A stretch of DNA of 64,000 bases from an uncultured Armatimonadia bacterium. Lineage in GTDB: Bacteria; Armatimonadota; Zipacnadia; CAVVLO01. The first letter of the stretch is position 1. Each line of letters starts with the position of its first letter. The notes under the pieces were generated by a model. The model was not told the origin of the DNA and made no database searches. It worked only from the letters and a program-made list of their open reading frames with translations. Of the stretch, positions 1 through 11,300 are shown piece after piece. The position numbers were made by a program, and so were the translations under genes. The stretch covers positions 576,001 to 640,000 of the forward strand of contig CAVVLO010000003.1 of NCBI GenBank assembly GCA_963749155.1, in the 5' to 3' direction.

Positions 1-1
1 G

Positions 2-271
2 AGGCGCGGTCAGGCGGTACCGGCCTGCAGGGATATGAACTCGCCCTCCCCCCGCGCGCACGCAGGCGTCAATCGCGGCTTGAAGCGCCTGGGTGTCGTC
101 GGTGACCCCATCGCCAGTGGCGCCGAAGGTGGCAGCGGACAGGCTCTGGCCTTCGGCAGCGCCCTGGGCGACGGCCGGAGCAGCCGACAGCCCCGCTGCG
201 CCGATCCCGGCGATTAGCCCGAGCTTGAGCGCGTCCTTCCTGGTCAGTGGCCTGCCATGATCGGGTTCCAT
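2..271 (-). CDS. Exported pectate-lyase-3/GH28-related beta-helix protein, N-terminal part (runs off window start)
   Basis: Manual translation from ATG at 271: MEPDHGRPLTRKDALKLGLIAGIGAAGLSAAPAVAQ (Tat-like signal with RK variant), then FGATGDGVTDDTQALQAAIDAC..GGGRVHIPAGRY, the typical Pectate_lyase_3 N-terminal motif. Confidence 0.75.
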   Translation of the reverse strand, partial: MEPDHGRPLTRKDALKLGLIAGIGAAGLSAAPAVAQGAAEGQSLSAATFGATGDGVTDDTQALQAAIDACVRAGGGRVHIPAGRYRLTAP

Positions 272-281
272 AAAGCCTCGC

Positions 282-1799
282 TTAGCCCTTCTCGAAACGC
301 AAAGTCGTGATAGAGGCCATCGGCAACTCCAGCGCCTTGATGTCCACGCCGATAAGCTTCATCGGGCGCACGGCCTGAGGTTCCTCGAAGGTGTTATGCG
401 AGTGGAGGTCCATCCCGCCAAGCTGAGTCGCCTCGGCCAGTTTCCAGGGCACTCCATCGCGCAGCAGCAGCGCGCCTTGGACAGCTTCCGCATGGTCGAG
501 ATTCACAAGTGAGATGAAGAGTTCGGTGCCATCGTCGTTCACGCTGCAAGAGACTGACAGCGAGTCGCGCTCAGGCGCGTCAGGCAGTGAGAGGCGTTTG
601 GCCCCAAGCGTCTCCGAGGCCACCAGCCACCCGTCCCGGTGCGGCTTGAACAAATCGTAAACATGATAAGTGGGCGTGGCGATAGCCTGCTTGCCCTTCG
701 TCAGCACCAGCGCCTGCAGCACGTTCACGGTCTGGGCCATATTGGTCATCGCCAGGTCCTCTCCATGCTCGTGGAAACAATGGAAACTCGCCGCCGCGAA
801 CAGCCCGTCCATCATTGTGCTGTCCTGGTACATACCGCTCTCGACGACAGCCTCTTTGTACCAGGTGCCCCACTCGTCCAGCACGACGCCGATGGGATGG
901 CCGTACCAGCTATAAGCGCGCGCAAGGCCGATGGTCTTCTTCAGATAGCGGTCCATTATCGAGATCTGCCCGATAAGCCTGTAGTAGTCTTCCGTCTTGA
1001 AGGCGATATCGGATATCCCCCCGGCCGAGTAGATATGGATGGCCAGGTAATCCACCAGGTGCAGGGCGCCCTTCATCGTGTCGAGGAAGCGCTCTTCCCA
1101 GTCGGGGATGCCCGCATGCGAGCCGGAGGCGATAAAGCTTGCACCAGGGCCGGCGGTCTGCTTCATATAGGTGGCGTACTGGCGATAGAGATCAGCGTAG
1201 TATTCAGGCCGCATCGAACCGCCGCAGCCCCAGTTCTCGTTGCCGACGCCCCAGTATTTGACACCATAAGGCGCCTCGTGACCGTTCTCTTTTCGCTGCC
1301 TGGTGATGGTCGTGTCCTGAGCGGAGTTGCAGTACTCGACCCAGCTTGCGGCCTCTTGCACAGTGCCGCTGCCCACATTGGCGCAAAAATACGGCTCAGT
1401 GCCGATGAGCTTGCAGAAGCGCATAAACTCGTCGGTGCCAAACTGACAGTCCTCGGACTGGTTCCACCACAGGTTGTGGCGCTGCTTGCGCCCCTCGCGA
1501 GGACCGATACCGTCCTGCCAGTGGTAGTTATCGGCAAAACACCCCCCAGGCCAGCGCAATACGGGAAGCTCGAGCTTGGCGAGCAATTCGACCGTATCCA
1601 GGCGGATACCGCCCTCGTTTTCTATCTCCTTGTGGTCGCCGACCCAGATGCCTCGCTCCACGCACCGGCCGATATGCTCGGCGAAGTGACCGTAGAGATT
1701 GCGTCTCAAGCGGTGCCGGCGCACCTCGGGGTGGACTCGAACGGTAACTTTGCTGGTAGCAGCAGGGGCCGCTTCAATTATCTGAGATTTTCGAGCCAT
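282..1799 (-). CDS. abfA: Alpha-L-arabinofuranosidase, GH51
   Basis: YGHFAEH, LRWPGGCFADNYHWQDGIGP, FGTDEF, WGVGNENWGCGG, DEWG and AQTVNVLQA motifs; AGGAG SD upstream. Confidence 0.9.
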   Translation of the reverse strand: MARKSQIIEAAPAATSKVTVRVHPEVRRHRLRRNLYGHFAEHIGRCVERGIWVGDHKEIENEGGIRLDTVELLAKLELPVLRWPGGCFADNYHWQDGIGPREGRKQRHNLWWNQSEDCQFGTDEFMRFCKLIGTEPYFCANVGSGTVQEAASWVEYCNSAQDTTITRQRKENGHEAPYGVKYWGVGNENWGCGGSMRPEYYADLYRQYATYMKQTAGPGASFIASGSHAGIPDWEERFLDTMKGALHLVDYLAIHIYSAGGISDIAFKTEDYYRLIGQISIMDRYLKKTIGLARAYSWYGHPIGVVLDEWGTWYKEAVVESGMYQDSTMMDGLFAAASFHCFHEHGEDLAMTNMAQTVNVLQALVLTKGKQAIATPTYHVYDLFKPHRDGWLVASETLGAKRLSLPDAPERDSLSVSCSVNDDGTELFISLVNLDHAEAVQGALLLRDGVPWKLAEATQLGGMDLHSHNTFEEPQAVRPMKLIGVDIKALELPMASITTLRFEKG

Positions 1800-1814
1800 A
1801 CTGGCAACTCCTTA

Positions 1815-2869
1815 TCAGGTGTTGGCTTTGAGCCAGTCAAGGAAAGCGTCCGCCTCGGCTTTGCTTGAAGCTCCGCAGCAATAAAAAACCAGGGCCGGAT
1901 CCAGTTCCTTGTGCAGCGCCTTGATCGTATCAAGGGCCAGTCATATATCTGGACGCTCTTGCCGGCCTGCTGGCAACGCTTGAGCAAGTCCATCCACTCA
2001 TAAGTGGGCGGGTTGCCCGCTCCAGGCACCCATTGCATACAGTCTATCTCCTTGATGGCAAGGATATCCTCCAGGTGGGGCAGTGCATCCGGACCGTCAA
2101 GGTGATAAACCACATGGTCATGATAGGTGGCCTCTTCTTCAAGGGCCGGTATTACCCAGCGCCGAGAGTCGGCCGGTGAAAGCAGGCAGATGAAATCGCA
2201 CTGGATGGTCGCGTATTTGCCTTCCGAATAGGCCGGCGCCCAGCCCCCAAAGCCTTGCTCGGCATTACGACCAGCTTCAAAAAGGGCATCGCACATTGGC
2301 GCATAGACTGCGCGCACTTCGCGCATTACCCGGTCAATCGTCTCGGGCTCGTCCATCCCATCGATACAAAGCTGTTCTGGGCCCCGGATAGCCGCTGGGC
2401 AGTCATAATTGCTGTGCATATCGAGCGTGCCCAGCAGCGCCTTGCCCAGGAAGCGCTCCGCCGCCATCCGGTGGAACTCGAGCATCCGCTTCCACCAGTA
2501 GTTGTCGTCCTGCAGCTCGAAGTGGAAGTCATCCCAGCTAGTCACAAAGGGCTTGACCCAGTTGGTGCTCATATCAGAGGTAAACTGGAGATTGCCGCCG
2601 AGGAAAGCGCTCATCTGATCGGGGCCAAAATCGAGCCCGGCGCAAGGGATAGCCTCTCCACCGTAGTAGGCTGTCTCGAAATGGGCTTCCCATTTATCCA
2701 GCGAAGCCGCAAGGTTGCCCATCGACTTGTCATAATAAGAGGGACCCCAGGCTACGGGCGCCTCACCAGCAGGCGCGGTGATAACGCAGACAGGCCTGTC
2801 GAGCAGCTCATGGTTCCAGAAGGCGCGCCAGTATTCTTTGGCTCTATCAAAATCGGGCTTGTATAGCAT
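1815..2869 (-). CDS. UroD/MtaA (methylcobamide methyltransferase-like) TIM-barrel protein; frameshift near 1935
   Basis: GPDQMSAFLG, AAIRGPEQLCID, QCDFICLLSP, YHLDGPDALPHL, QWVPGAG. An alternative frame gives LDTIKALHKELDP...FLDWLKANT-stop at 1815. Confidence 0.7.
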
Positions 2870-2997
2870 CTGTTTCTCCTGTTATCAAAGGTGATTCTGA
2901 GTGTTCGCCTCAAGAGGCGCTTCTCCTCTGAAAGCCTCAGTCCTGTCCGCCGGGAAATCTGAGAACGCTAGCCCTTGAAATTTCCTTTAGAAACTTG

Positions 2998-3026
2998 TTG
3001 CAGGGCTGCGGACATCGGGGTAGTAT
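2998..3026 (+). promoter_or_regulatory. Sigma70-like promoter of the glycyl radical enzyme operon
   Basis: TTGCAG-17 bp-TAGTAT about 50 bp upstream of the activase ATG. Confidence 0.4.
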
Positions 3027-3078
3027 ACGCCTGCCTGAGAGGCTAGCAAACCTCTCCGAAGGGAGTCTGCCACAAACG

Positions 3079-3987
3079 ATGAGTGAAAAAGGTATTGTAT
3101 TCAACATCCAGCGGTTCTCTATCCACGATGGACCTGGCATACGCACCACTGTATTCCTTAAAGGTTGCCCTCTGAGCTGTGAATGGTGCCATAATCCCGA
3201 GGGGCTCGAATACGCGCCTCAGATCCGCCTGGCCGTGAACCTGTGCCAGCTTTGCGGGCGCTGCGTCGAAGCCTGCGAACTTGGGGGCCACGAAATCACC
3301 GAGGCGGGCCATCAGCTCCATCTCGAGCCTTGTATCCGGTGCAGCTCTTGTGTCGAAGCCTGCCTGGTTGGCGCAGTTGAGCTGGTGGGCAAAGAGCAAT
3401 CAGTTGCTGAAGTAATCGGTGTTGTCGTGCGCGACAAACCCTTCTACGAGCATTCTGGCGGCGGGATGACGCTTTCAGGCGGCGAACCCCTGGCCCAGTA
3501 CGAGTTCAGCAAGGCGCTGCTTGTGGCGGCAAGGGCCGAAGGGCTTCACACGGCCGTCGAGACCAGCGCGCTGGCGCCCTGGCACAAACTTGAAGAACTT
3601 TCTCGGCTCGTAGACCTCTGGCTTGTGGATTTGAAACATACCGACTCGGCGCGGCATAAGGAACTGTGCGGGGTGCCCAACGAGTTGATTCTTGATAATA
3701 TCCGCAAATTGGCCGCGACGGGCTGGCCGATGATTCTGCGCGTGCCCTGGGTGCCCGAGCGCAACGCAGAAGAGAGCTTCCTTGAGGGCTTGAAGAAGTT
3801 TTTGGCAACTCTCGATCCGGCGCCCGAAGTCGAGTTTATGTTGTACCATCGCCTGGGCAACGGCAAATGGCTCGGGCTTGGCGGCGAGCCGGTGATGCCC
3901 GATGATATTCCCAACGCGACCGCCGAAGACGTGATACCCTGGATTGAGCAACTGGCCTCTATCGGGGTACACTCAAAGACCAGTTAA
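3079..3987 (+). CDS. Glycyl-radical enzyme activating enzyme (radical SAM with ferredoxin insert)
   Basis: FNIQRFSIHDGPGIRTTVFLKGCPLSCEWCHNPE, two CxxCxxCxxxC clusters, TLSGGEPL. Confidence 0.93.
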   Translation: MSEKGIVFNIQRFSIHDGPGIRTTVFLKGCPLSCEWCHNPEGLEYAPQIRLAVNLCQLCGRCVEACELGGHEITEAGHQLHLEPCIRCSSCVEACLVGAVELVGKEQSVAEVIGVVVRDKPFYEHSGGGMTLSGGEPLAQYEFSKALLVAARAEGLHTAVETSALAPWHKLEELSRLVDLWLVDLKHTDSARHKELCGVPNELILDNIRKLAATGWPMILRVPWVPERNAEESFLEGLKKFLATLDPAPEVEFMLYHRLGNGKWLGLGGEPVMPDDIPNATAEDVIPWIEQLASIGVHSKTS

Positions 3988-4007
3988 CAAGGCCCAGAGG
4001 TGATGGG

Positions 4008-6195
4008 ATGAGTCTTGAAACAAGAAGCGATCTGGGCGCCCTTATGGACCCAACCTCGCGCATCAAACGACTGCGCAAGCGCGTTGTGGAGGCAGCTCTT
4101 ATCCCGCCAGACTCGAGTGAGGCAGCCCTGGCTGCCGCCCGGAGCTGGCTTGCGCACGGAGGCCACCCGAGCCATATCTGGCGCCGCGGCCGGCTGGCCG
4201 GAGATCTCCTCCGCGGGCTTACCCCAGTCATTGATGAAGACGAACTGCTCGTTGGGAAGTTCTCCCGTCGCCCCCTTACTGACGAAGAAGCCACCGAACT
4301 TGCCAACTGGCGCCGCTACGGAGAGCCTGCCACCAGCAAGGCCTACGGCCAGCGCGCGCATATGGCAATTGATTATGAGCGCGTGCTGCGCGAAGGCATC
4401 GAAGGCGTGCTTGCCCAGATCGCCCGGTATCGCGCCCGCCTTGATACCTCGCGCCCCGACCAGCAGGAGCAGGACTTCTTCTACCAGGGTTGTGAGGAGG
4501 CGTTAAAGGGTGTCGTAGAGCTTTCCGACAAATATGCCGACCTGGCTGAGCAGCAGGCCGCTCTGAGCAAGAGTCCCAGGCGCGCCAAAGAGCTGCGCGC
4601 TATCGCCAAGAGATGCCGGAAGGTGCCTCGCAAGCCTGCCGAGAGCTTCGCCGAGGCTTGTCAGGCGGCCCATTTCATCACTTTCTGTATGTGCGCGGGC
4701 AACCAGATGCTTCTCTTTCAGCTTGGCAGGCCCGACCGGTATCTGTGGCCCTACTACAAGAGGGACCTGGAAGCCGGCAAGCTGACCCGGACCGAGGCTT
4801 TGGAGTATCTCGATTGTCTCGGCTTCCTGTTGAACGAATACACCCCGCGCGGCCTGGCCGTCGGCTATATGGTCGGCGGGCGTGACGAGTGGGGCAACGA
4901 CGTTGCGAGTGAGCTGACTTACCTGGCGCTGCAGTCCATCCATCACACGCGGCTTGCCTACCCTGGCATTGGCCTCTGCTGGACGCCCGACACGCCCGAC
5001 GAGTTGCTTGAGCTTGCCAGCAGGCTGCTGGCGAGGGGCTATTCCCATCCGGCGCTTTTTGGGGACGAGACCATCAGCCGGGGGCTTGCGCGGCTGGGCC
5101 TGCCGTGGCGCGATGCCTGCCTCTACACCCACAGCACCTGCGTGGAGATAACCCCCATCGCCATCAGCAACGTCTACGTGGCCAGCCCTTATTACAATCT
5201 GATCCAGTGCCTGCACGATGTGCTGGGGGTGCCGCCAGTGGGCGGTCAGCCAGACCGGAGAGGCGCCGGAAATCGGCAGCTTCGAGCTGCTGTTCGAGCG
5301 GCTCAGGGCCCGCATCGCCCAGGCGGTGGCGCAGGGCACCGCCGAGAACAATATGGCGATGGCCTCTCGCGCGCAGGCGGGCGGCTTCCCGCTGCTGTCC
5401 TGTTTTGTGAACGACTGCCTCTCGCTGGGCAAGGATATAGACCAGGGCGGGGCGCGCGCCAACTGGCTGGAGGCCTCTTTCGTGGGCCTCGCCAATCTGG
5501 TGGATTCCCTGGTTGCGATCCGCCGGCTGGTTTTCGAAGACAAAAAACTCACTCTGAAGCAGCTACGGGAGGCGCTGGTCGCCGATTTCGAAGGCTACGA
5601 GGAAGTGCAGGCGCTGCTCGCCGGTCAGCCGAAGTATGGCAATGACGAGGTCGAGCCTGACGAGTTGGCCAGGGAGCTGACCGGGCTGCTGCTGGCCGAG
5701 TGCGAGAAGCATCGCAGCTACTGGGGCGATGCGGTAGTGCCAGGTTTCTTCTGCTGGATTATGCACGAACACCTGGGCCGCCAGACACTGGCCAGTCCCG
5801 ATGGGCGCAGATGCGGCTTCCCCTTCGCGGACGGCTCCGGGCCCGCCCAGGGGCGCGAGGCCAAAGGCCCCACCGCGATGGTGTGCAGCGTGACGGGCTG
5901 GGAACATGCCCCGATGATCGGCGGTATCGCGGTCAATTTCAAGTTCCAACCGACCAAGGACCCCGAAGCGCTTGTAGGTCAGTTGCATCCGGTGCTGAAG
6001 ACTTTCCTTGCGATGGGCGGTTTCGAGGCGCAGGTCAACGTCGTGAGGCGCGAAGAACTGCTGGACGCGCAACTTCACCCCGAGCTGCATCGCGACCTGG
6101 TCGTCCGCGTCGCCGGTTACAGTGACTATTTCGTCGGCCTGTCGCCCGAGATGCAAGCCGAAGTGCTGATGAGATCAGAACTCAACGAGGGCTGA
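4008..6195 (+). CDS. Glycyl radical enzyme 1 (PFL-like family), about 729 aa; frameshift near 5250
   Basis: ORFs 4008-5645 and 5218-6195 join; GRPDRYLWPYY, Cys loop HSTCVEI, PKYGND, ASPDGR, C-terminal LVVRVAGYS glycyl motif. Confidence 0.88.
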
Positions 6196-6196
6196 G

Positions 6197-8341
6197 ATGG
6201 CAGTTATCCGACCTGATGCTGGCAAATGGGGCCTCACCAAAGCCGAAGCCGAGGCGCTAATAAAAGCAGGGGAAAATTACGCTGCGGGATTTTTACTGGG
6301 TAAAAAAGGCTCCGTTGCGGAGCGCCACGCGCAGGGCATCGCCTCGGCGCTCGCGCATCTGCCGCTGCCCGCTTATGACGGAGAACCTCTCTGGCCTGGC
6401 CGAGGGCCCCTCTGGATAACCGCGCCTCCCACCGCTTTCTGGAATATGTACGTCGCCGTCGACCTTGCGATGGACGCCGGTATCGCCGCGCGCAAGGCCG
6501 AGGAAGCCACCGACCCGGTCACGTGCAGGGCGCTTGGCAAGCTGCAGCGCTTCCTCGAAACCTATCCTCGCGGCGGAGGTTACACTCACAGTATCGTCCA
6601 CTTCGACCGGGTGCTGGCCGAAGGGCTGGATTCCTACATCGCCCGGCTGGAGGCAAAACTGGCTGTCGGTGCGGACGAGGGCCGGATGGACTTCTGGCGC
6701 GCGCTGCTGGTCGTGGTCGAGGCCTTCGACGCCTACCGCAAACGCGTGGCCGATTATCTGATGGCCCTCACTTTCGATGATCCAGAGAAGGAAGCCAACC
6801 GCGCCCGGCTGGCCGAGGTCTTCCAGAATCGACTGGCGATGAAGCCCGCCGAGAGCTTCTTCGAGGCGATGGCGGCGACGACGTTTATCTATGCCCTCGA
6901 CGGCAGCGACGACCTGGGCCGGTTCGACCAGTTTATGGCGCCTTACTATGAAGCCGACCTGGCCGCAGGCCGCACCAACAAAGCAGAAGCGCTGAAGCTG
7001 ATTGCCGCCCTTTGGGACTATGTGGACAGTTGCTCAGGCTGGAATGTCGCCCTCGGCGGTAGCAAGCCGGATGGGTCAGAAGCAAGCAACCCGGTCACGC
7101 TGCTTGCCCTGGAGGCCGCGCGAGGCAAGCGCAGGCCCAACCTGGCCCTGAGGCTGCGCAAGGATACTCCCGATGAGGTCTGGCAGGCCGCCTTCGATAC
7201 TATCTCTACAGGCACAGGGCTACCCGCCCTCTACTCGGAGGAGAACTATCTGGCCGCGATGGAGCGCGCCCAGCTCAACTTGCCGGATGAAGATATGCGC
7301 CAGTTCGCCTTCGGCGGCTGCACCGAGCTGATGGTGCACGGGCGGTCGTGCGTGGGGTCGCTGGACGGTGATCTCAGTGTCATCAAGACGCTGGAGGAGA
7401 CCCTCCCCCACCTGCCCGAAGCGGCCACTTTCGAGGATTTTTACCTTCTCTTTGAAGAGGCGCTGCGCCGGGGTATTTACGACCTGACCGGGTTGGTCAG
7501 CCGCAACCAGCAGGTGCGCTCCGAATACCATCCCCAGCTTGTGCGCAGCCTGCTGATAGACGACTGCCTCGACCGAGGGCGCCACTATTACGCTGGCGGG
7601 GCTCGGTACAACTGGAGCGTCATCAATATCGTAGGCCTCTCCAATGCCATCGACTCGCTCTCGGCGGTGAAACGCGCCGTGTTCGAGGAGCAGCGCGCGC
7701 GCCCGAGGAGTCTACTAGCTGCACTGGCCGCCAACTTCGAGGGACAGGAAGCACTCCGAGCCTTCCTCCAAGGCTGTCCTCGCTACGGCAACGATTCGCC
7801 AGAGGTGAACGAGCTGGCGGCGCGGCTGTCCAGTTTCGTGTACAACGAGTTCAAGCGGTATGCGCCTTATCGGGGCGGGAAGTTCCTCTGCGGGACTCTG
7901 ATGTTCGTCACCTATGGCTGGTACGGCGAGCCGGTCGGCGCAACCCCTGATGGGCGACTTGCAGGCACGCCGGTCGGCGATTCGGCCGGGCCAGTACAGG
8001 GACGTGACCACTCAGGCCCGACAGCGATGCTGACCTCGACCGCGGCGCTGTCCCAGCAGGACGCGCCCGGGACGCTGGTAGTCAATCTGCGCGTCGCCAA
8101 GTCGCTGCTGGCCTCAACCGAAGGCCGCTCGCGGCTCAAGGCGCTGGTCGAGGGCTACTATGAGCAGGGCGGGCTGCAACTGCAACTGAACGTAGTGGAT
8201 CAGGCCGTGCTGAAGGCCGCCATCGCCAGTCCTGAGGCCCACGGGGACCTTATCGTCCGCGTAGGCGGTTATTCTGAATACTTCAATAATCTCGACGAGA
8301 CGCTCAAGCTCTCCATACTGGAGCGCACCGAGCATTCCTGA
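6197..8341 (+). CDS. Glycyl radical enzyme 2 (PFL-like family), 714 aa
   Basis: GRFDQFMAPYY, Cys loop FGGCTEL, PRYGND, ATPDGR, LIVRVGGYS; starts 1 bp after the GRE1 stop. Confidence 0.9.
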   Translation: MAVIRPDAGKWGLTKAEAEALIKAGENYAAGFLLGKKGSVAERHAQGIASALAHLPLPAYDGEPLWPGRGPLWITAPPTAFWNMYVAVDLAMDAGIAARKAEEATDPVTCRALGKLQRFLETYPRGGGYTHSIVHFDRVLAEGLDSYIARLEAKLAVGADEGRMDFWRALLVVVEAFDAYRKRVADYLMALTFDDPEKEANRARLAEVFQNRLAMKPAESFFEAMAATTFIYALDGSDDLGRFDQFMAPYYEADLAAGRTNKAEALKLIAALWDYVDSCSGWNVALGGSKPDGSEASNPVTLLALEAARGKRRPNLALRLRKDTPDEVWQAAFDTISTGTGLPALYSEENYLAAMERAQLNLPDEDMRQFAFGGCTELMVHGRSCVGSLDGDLSVIKTLEETLPHLPEAATFEDFYLLFEEALRRGIYDLTGLVSRNQQVRSEYHPQLVRSLLIDDCLDRGRHYYAGGARYNWSVINIVGLSNAIDSLSAVKRAVFEEQRARPRSLLAALAANFEGQEALRAFLQGCPRYGNDSPEVNELAARLSSFVYNEFKRYAPYRGGKFLCGTLMFVTYGWYGEPVGATPDGRLAGTPVGDSAGPVQGRDHSGPTAMLTSTAALSQQDAPGTLVVNLRVAKSLLASTEGRSRLKALVEGYYEQGGLQLQLNVVDQAVLKAAIASPEAHGDLIVRVGGYSEYFNNLDETLKLSILERTEHS

Positions 8342-8355
8342 GGCAGGTTGGGTCT

Positions 8356-11300
8356 ATGAGAACAAGCCTTCTGGCTTTTATATTGCTGTTAGTCAGTGCG
8401 ACTGGTCTCGTTGCCGCTCCGCTGCCGGCCGAATTCGCTAACCTCAATGGGCAGTGGCGGTTCCAGACCGACCCTTACGAGGTCGGCGAGAGTGAGGGTT
8501 GGCAGGCGCCCGGCTATGATGATTCCACCTGGCGCCAGTTGAAGGCGCCCGGCCTGTGGGAGCCTCTCGGTATTACCGACCCGCGGCCTGGTCAGGCGCC
8601 CATCCCTGTCGGCGTTATGGGCTACAGTGATTATGACGGCATCGCCTGGTATCGCAGCAGCTTCGAGCTGCCCGCCGACTGGGAAGGCAACCCCCTGCTT
8701 TTCACTCTGGGCAAGGTGGACGACTGGGACAAGGTCTGGTTCAACGGCGTCTATCTCGGGGGCCTGGCAGATGAATCCACCACTGTACCTTCCCAAACCG
8801 TGCGAGTCTACGAAGTGCCTGACAGCGCCGCGCGTTATGGCGCAACCAATGTCCTTGCCGTGCAGGTGAAAGATGGAGGCGGGCCTGGCGGTATTACCGG
8901 CCCCTTCATCACGCTGCTGCCCAAATCGCTTATGGAGGCCAAAGCAATGTATTCCAGCCCTGAGGCGTCGCTACGAGACCGGTTTCTGAATCCTCCGAGC
9001 GAAAATCGTATCTTGCCCATCTGGCATGGCGCCGCCTATCGCGACGATGCGGATGGAGTGTTGCAAGAGTTGCTGGCGCAGGGTTTCGGTGGCATCGCTA
9101 CCAATGTGCCCTTCGATGAGGCCACCTATCTGCGTAATCCCGCCCACTGGGCCAATCTCAAGGCCATCCTCGAGGCAGGCAAAGCCGCAGGACTGACCTT
9201 CTGGCTCTACGATGAGCTGGGCTACCCCTCTGGCACCGCGGGCGGGCTTACGATGGAGAACAATCCCGAGTGGCAGTGCGCCGCCTTGCTGGTTTCCGAG
9301 GCCGACACCTCGGGCGAGTCGGTGGCGCTGGCTGTTCCACCGGGCCAGTTGGTGCTGGCAGCCGCTTATCCGACCAAAGAAGGCAACCTCGACCTGGCAG
9401 GCCAGGTGGACCTTTCCACTCAGATTGTAGACGACAAGCTGAACTGGACGCCCCCGGCAGGCGACTGGCATATCGTGCTGATTGGCAACGACTATATCCA
9501 TGAGGGCGCCCATGTCAGCGTCGCCTTGGGCGACAAGCTGCGTAAATATGTCAATCTGCTGATGGCGGAGCCGACCGAGAAGTTCTGCGAGGTCACCCAC
9601 GAGGCTTATGCGGCTAACCTGGGAGACGACCTGTCCAAATATTTCGTCTCGACCTTCACCGATGAACCGAGCCTGCAGACGCTGTGGTTCAAGACGATGC
9701 CCTACAAGCCACTGCCGTGGAGTCCTGGCTTCTCGGCAGAATTCCAGTCGAGGCGCGGTTATGCGCTGGAGCCTCTCCTTCCGCTGCTGGTAGCCGGTTC
9801 GGGCAGTCAGGCGGACAAGACGCGCTATGACTACTGGACGACCGTTGGCGAGTTGGTTTCGGAGAACTACTTCGGCGTTATCGAAGAGGTCTGCGAGGCC
9901 CATAACATCAAGTCGGGCGGCCACCTGCTGCTGGAAGAGCCGATGGCCTACCATGTGCCTCTCTACGGTGACTTCTTCCGCTGCATCCGGCGGCTGTCGG
10001 CCCCCAGCATAGACTGCCTGACCAGCATCCCCGACCAGGTGCCGTGGAATATCGCGCGCCTGCTCTCGAGCGCAGCCGAACTCAACGGCGACCGCGAGAC
10101 GATGTGCGAGCAGTCCGACCACGTCCAGCGCTACCGGCCCGAGGGCGACACCCGGCCAATCTACCAGGTTTCGCTGGAGGAGATCCGCGGCAGCATCAAC
10201 AGGCTGATGCTGGGTGGGATCCATGTAATTACCAGCTACTACAATTTCGAGGCTTTTAGCACGACCGAGCTGCGCGAACTCAACAAGTATGTGGGACGCG
10301 GTTCGACTCTGCTCAAGGGGGGTCACCAGGTCACTGATATCGCCGTGCTCTATCCCTCCGACAGCCTGTGCGCCAGCTTCGTGCCCTCTTACAACTGGAC
10401 CGATGACGCGCAGAAGACCAAATCCATCGAACAGATGTACTGGAATATCTCGGATGGGCTTTTCCGGGTGTGCCGAGATTTTATCTATGTGGATGCTCAG
10501 GCGCTTGAGGACGCGACCGTTGCCCCTGGCAAACTCGTGCATGGCGACCTGGAATGGCAAGTCGTAGTGCTTCCGAAGACTGACACGCTGCCAATCGCGG
10601 CCTGGCGCAAGCTGGCGGACTTCTGGCGCGCTGGAGGCCTAGTGGTTGCGGCAGGCGCCTTGCCGCAGAGCAGTGAAAGCGAGTTCCCAAGCGCCGAAGT
10701 ACAAGCCCTGGCGAAGGAACTTTTCACCGACACCAGCGGTCCTGCGGTCACGAAGAGCGCCGCGGGCGGGGCAGCCCTCTGGCTTCCGCAAGGCCAGGAG
10801 TTCCTGCTGCCACTCTTCCTGGACGCCCTGCTTGAGCCCGATGTCAGGCCGCTTGGCGAGAAGACGCCAATCAGGACCACCCATCGCAGGGTTGGCGGCC
10901 AGGATGTCTATATGCTTGCCAATGACAGCGGAGAGGCCTGGGTCGGTTCGGTCGAGGTTGCGGGCAAGGGGCCCGGCGTACTTTGGGAGCCTCTGACCGG
11001 CAACTTCAAGCCTGTTGAGGGCGGCGCGCCAGTCGAGCTTGCTTTGGGCGCTTATGACACGGCCTTCGTCACCTTCGAGGAGGTCGCCCCCAGAAAGCGC
11101 CTGGCCGGCCAGGTGGGTCAGGAAGCAGTAAGGATTATCCCCCTGCCGGATGTGAAGCCTGACTGGGGCAAGGGTGAATACGTCGAGGCGGAGCTAACCG
11201 CGGATGAAGCTCATTCGACGACGGACCGCCCGGCCTGGAAGTATGTCGGCACACTGACGAAGAGCGACACGGATACCTTCCTCTTTGCGGCCTTCAGGTT

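Noticed and set aside
4008..8341. Calling the GREs pyruvate formate-lyase (pflB)
   Set aside because: They lack the adjacent Cys-Cys pair, and the activase has a ferredoxin insert unlike PflA
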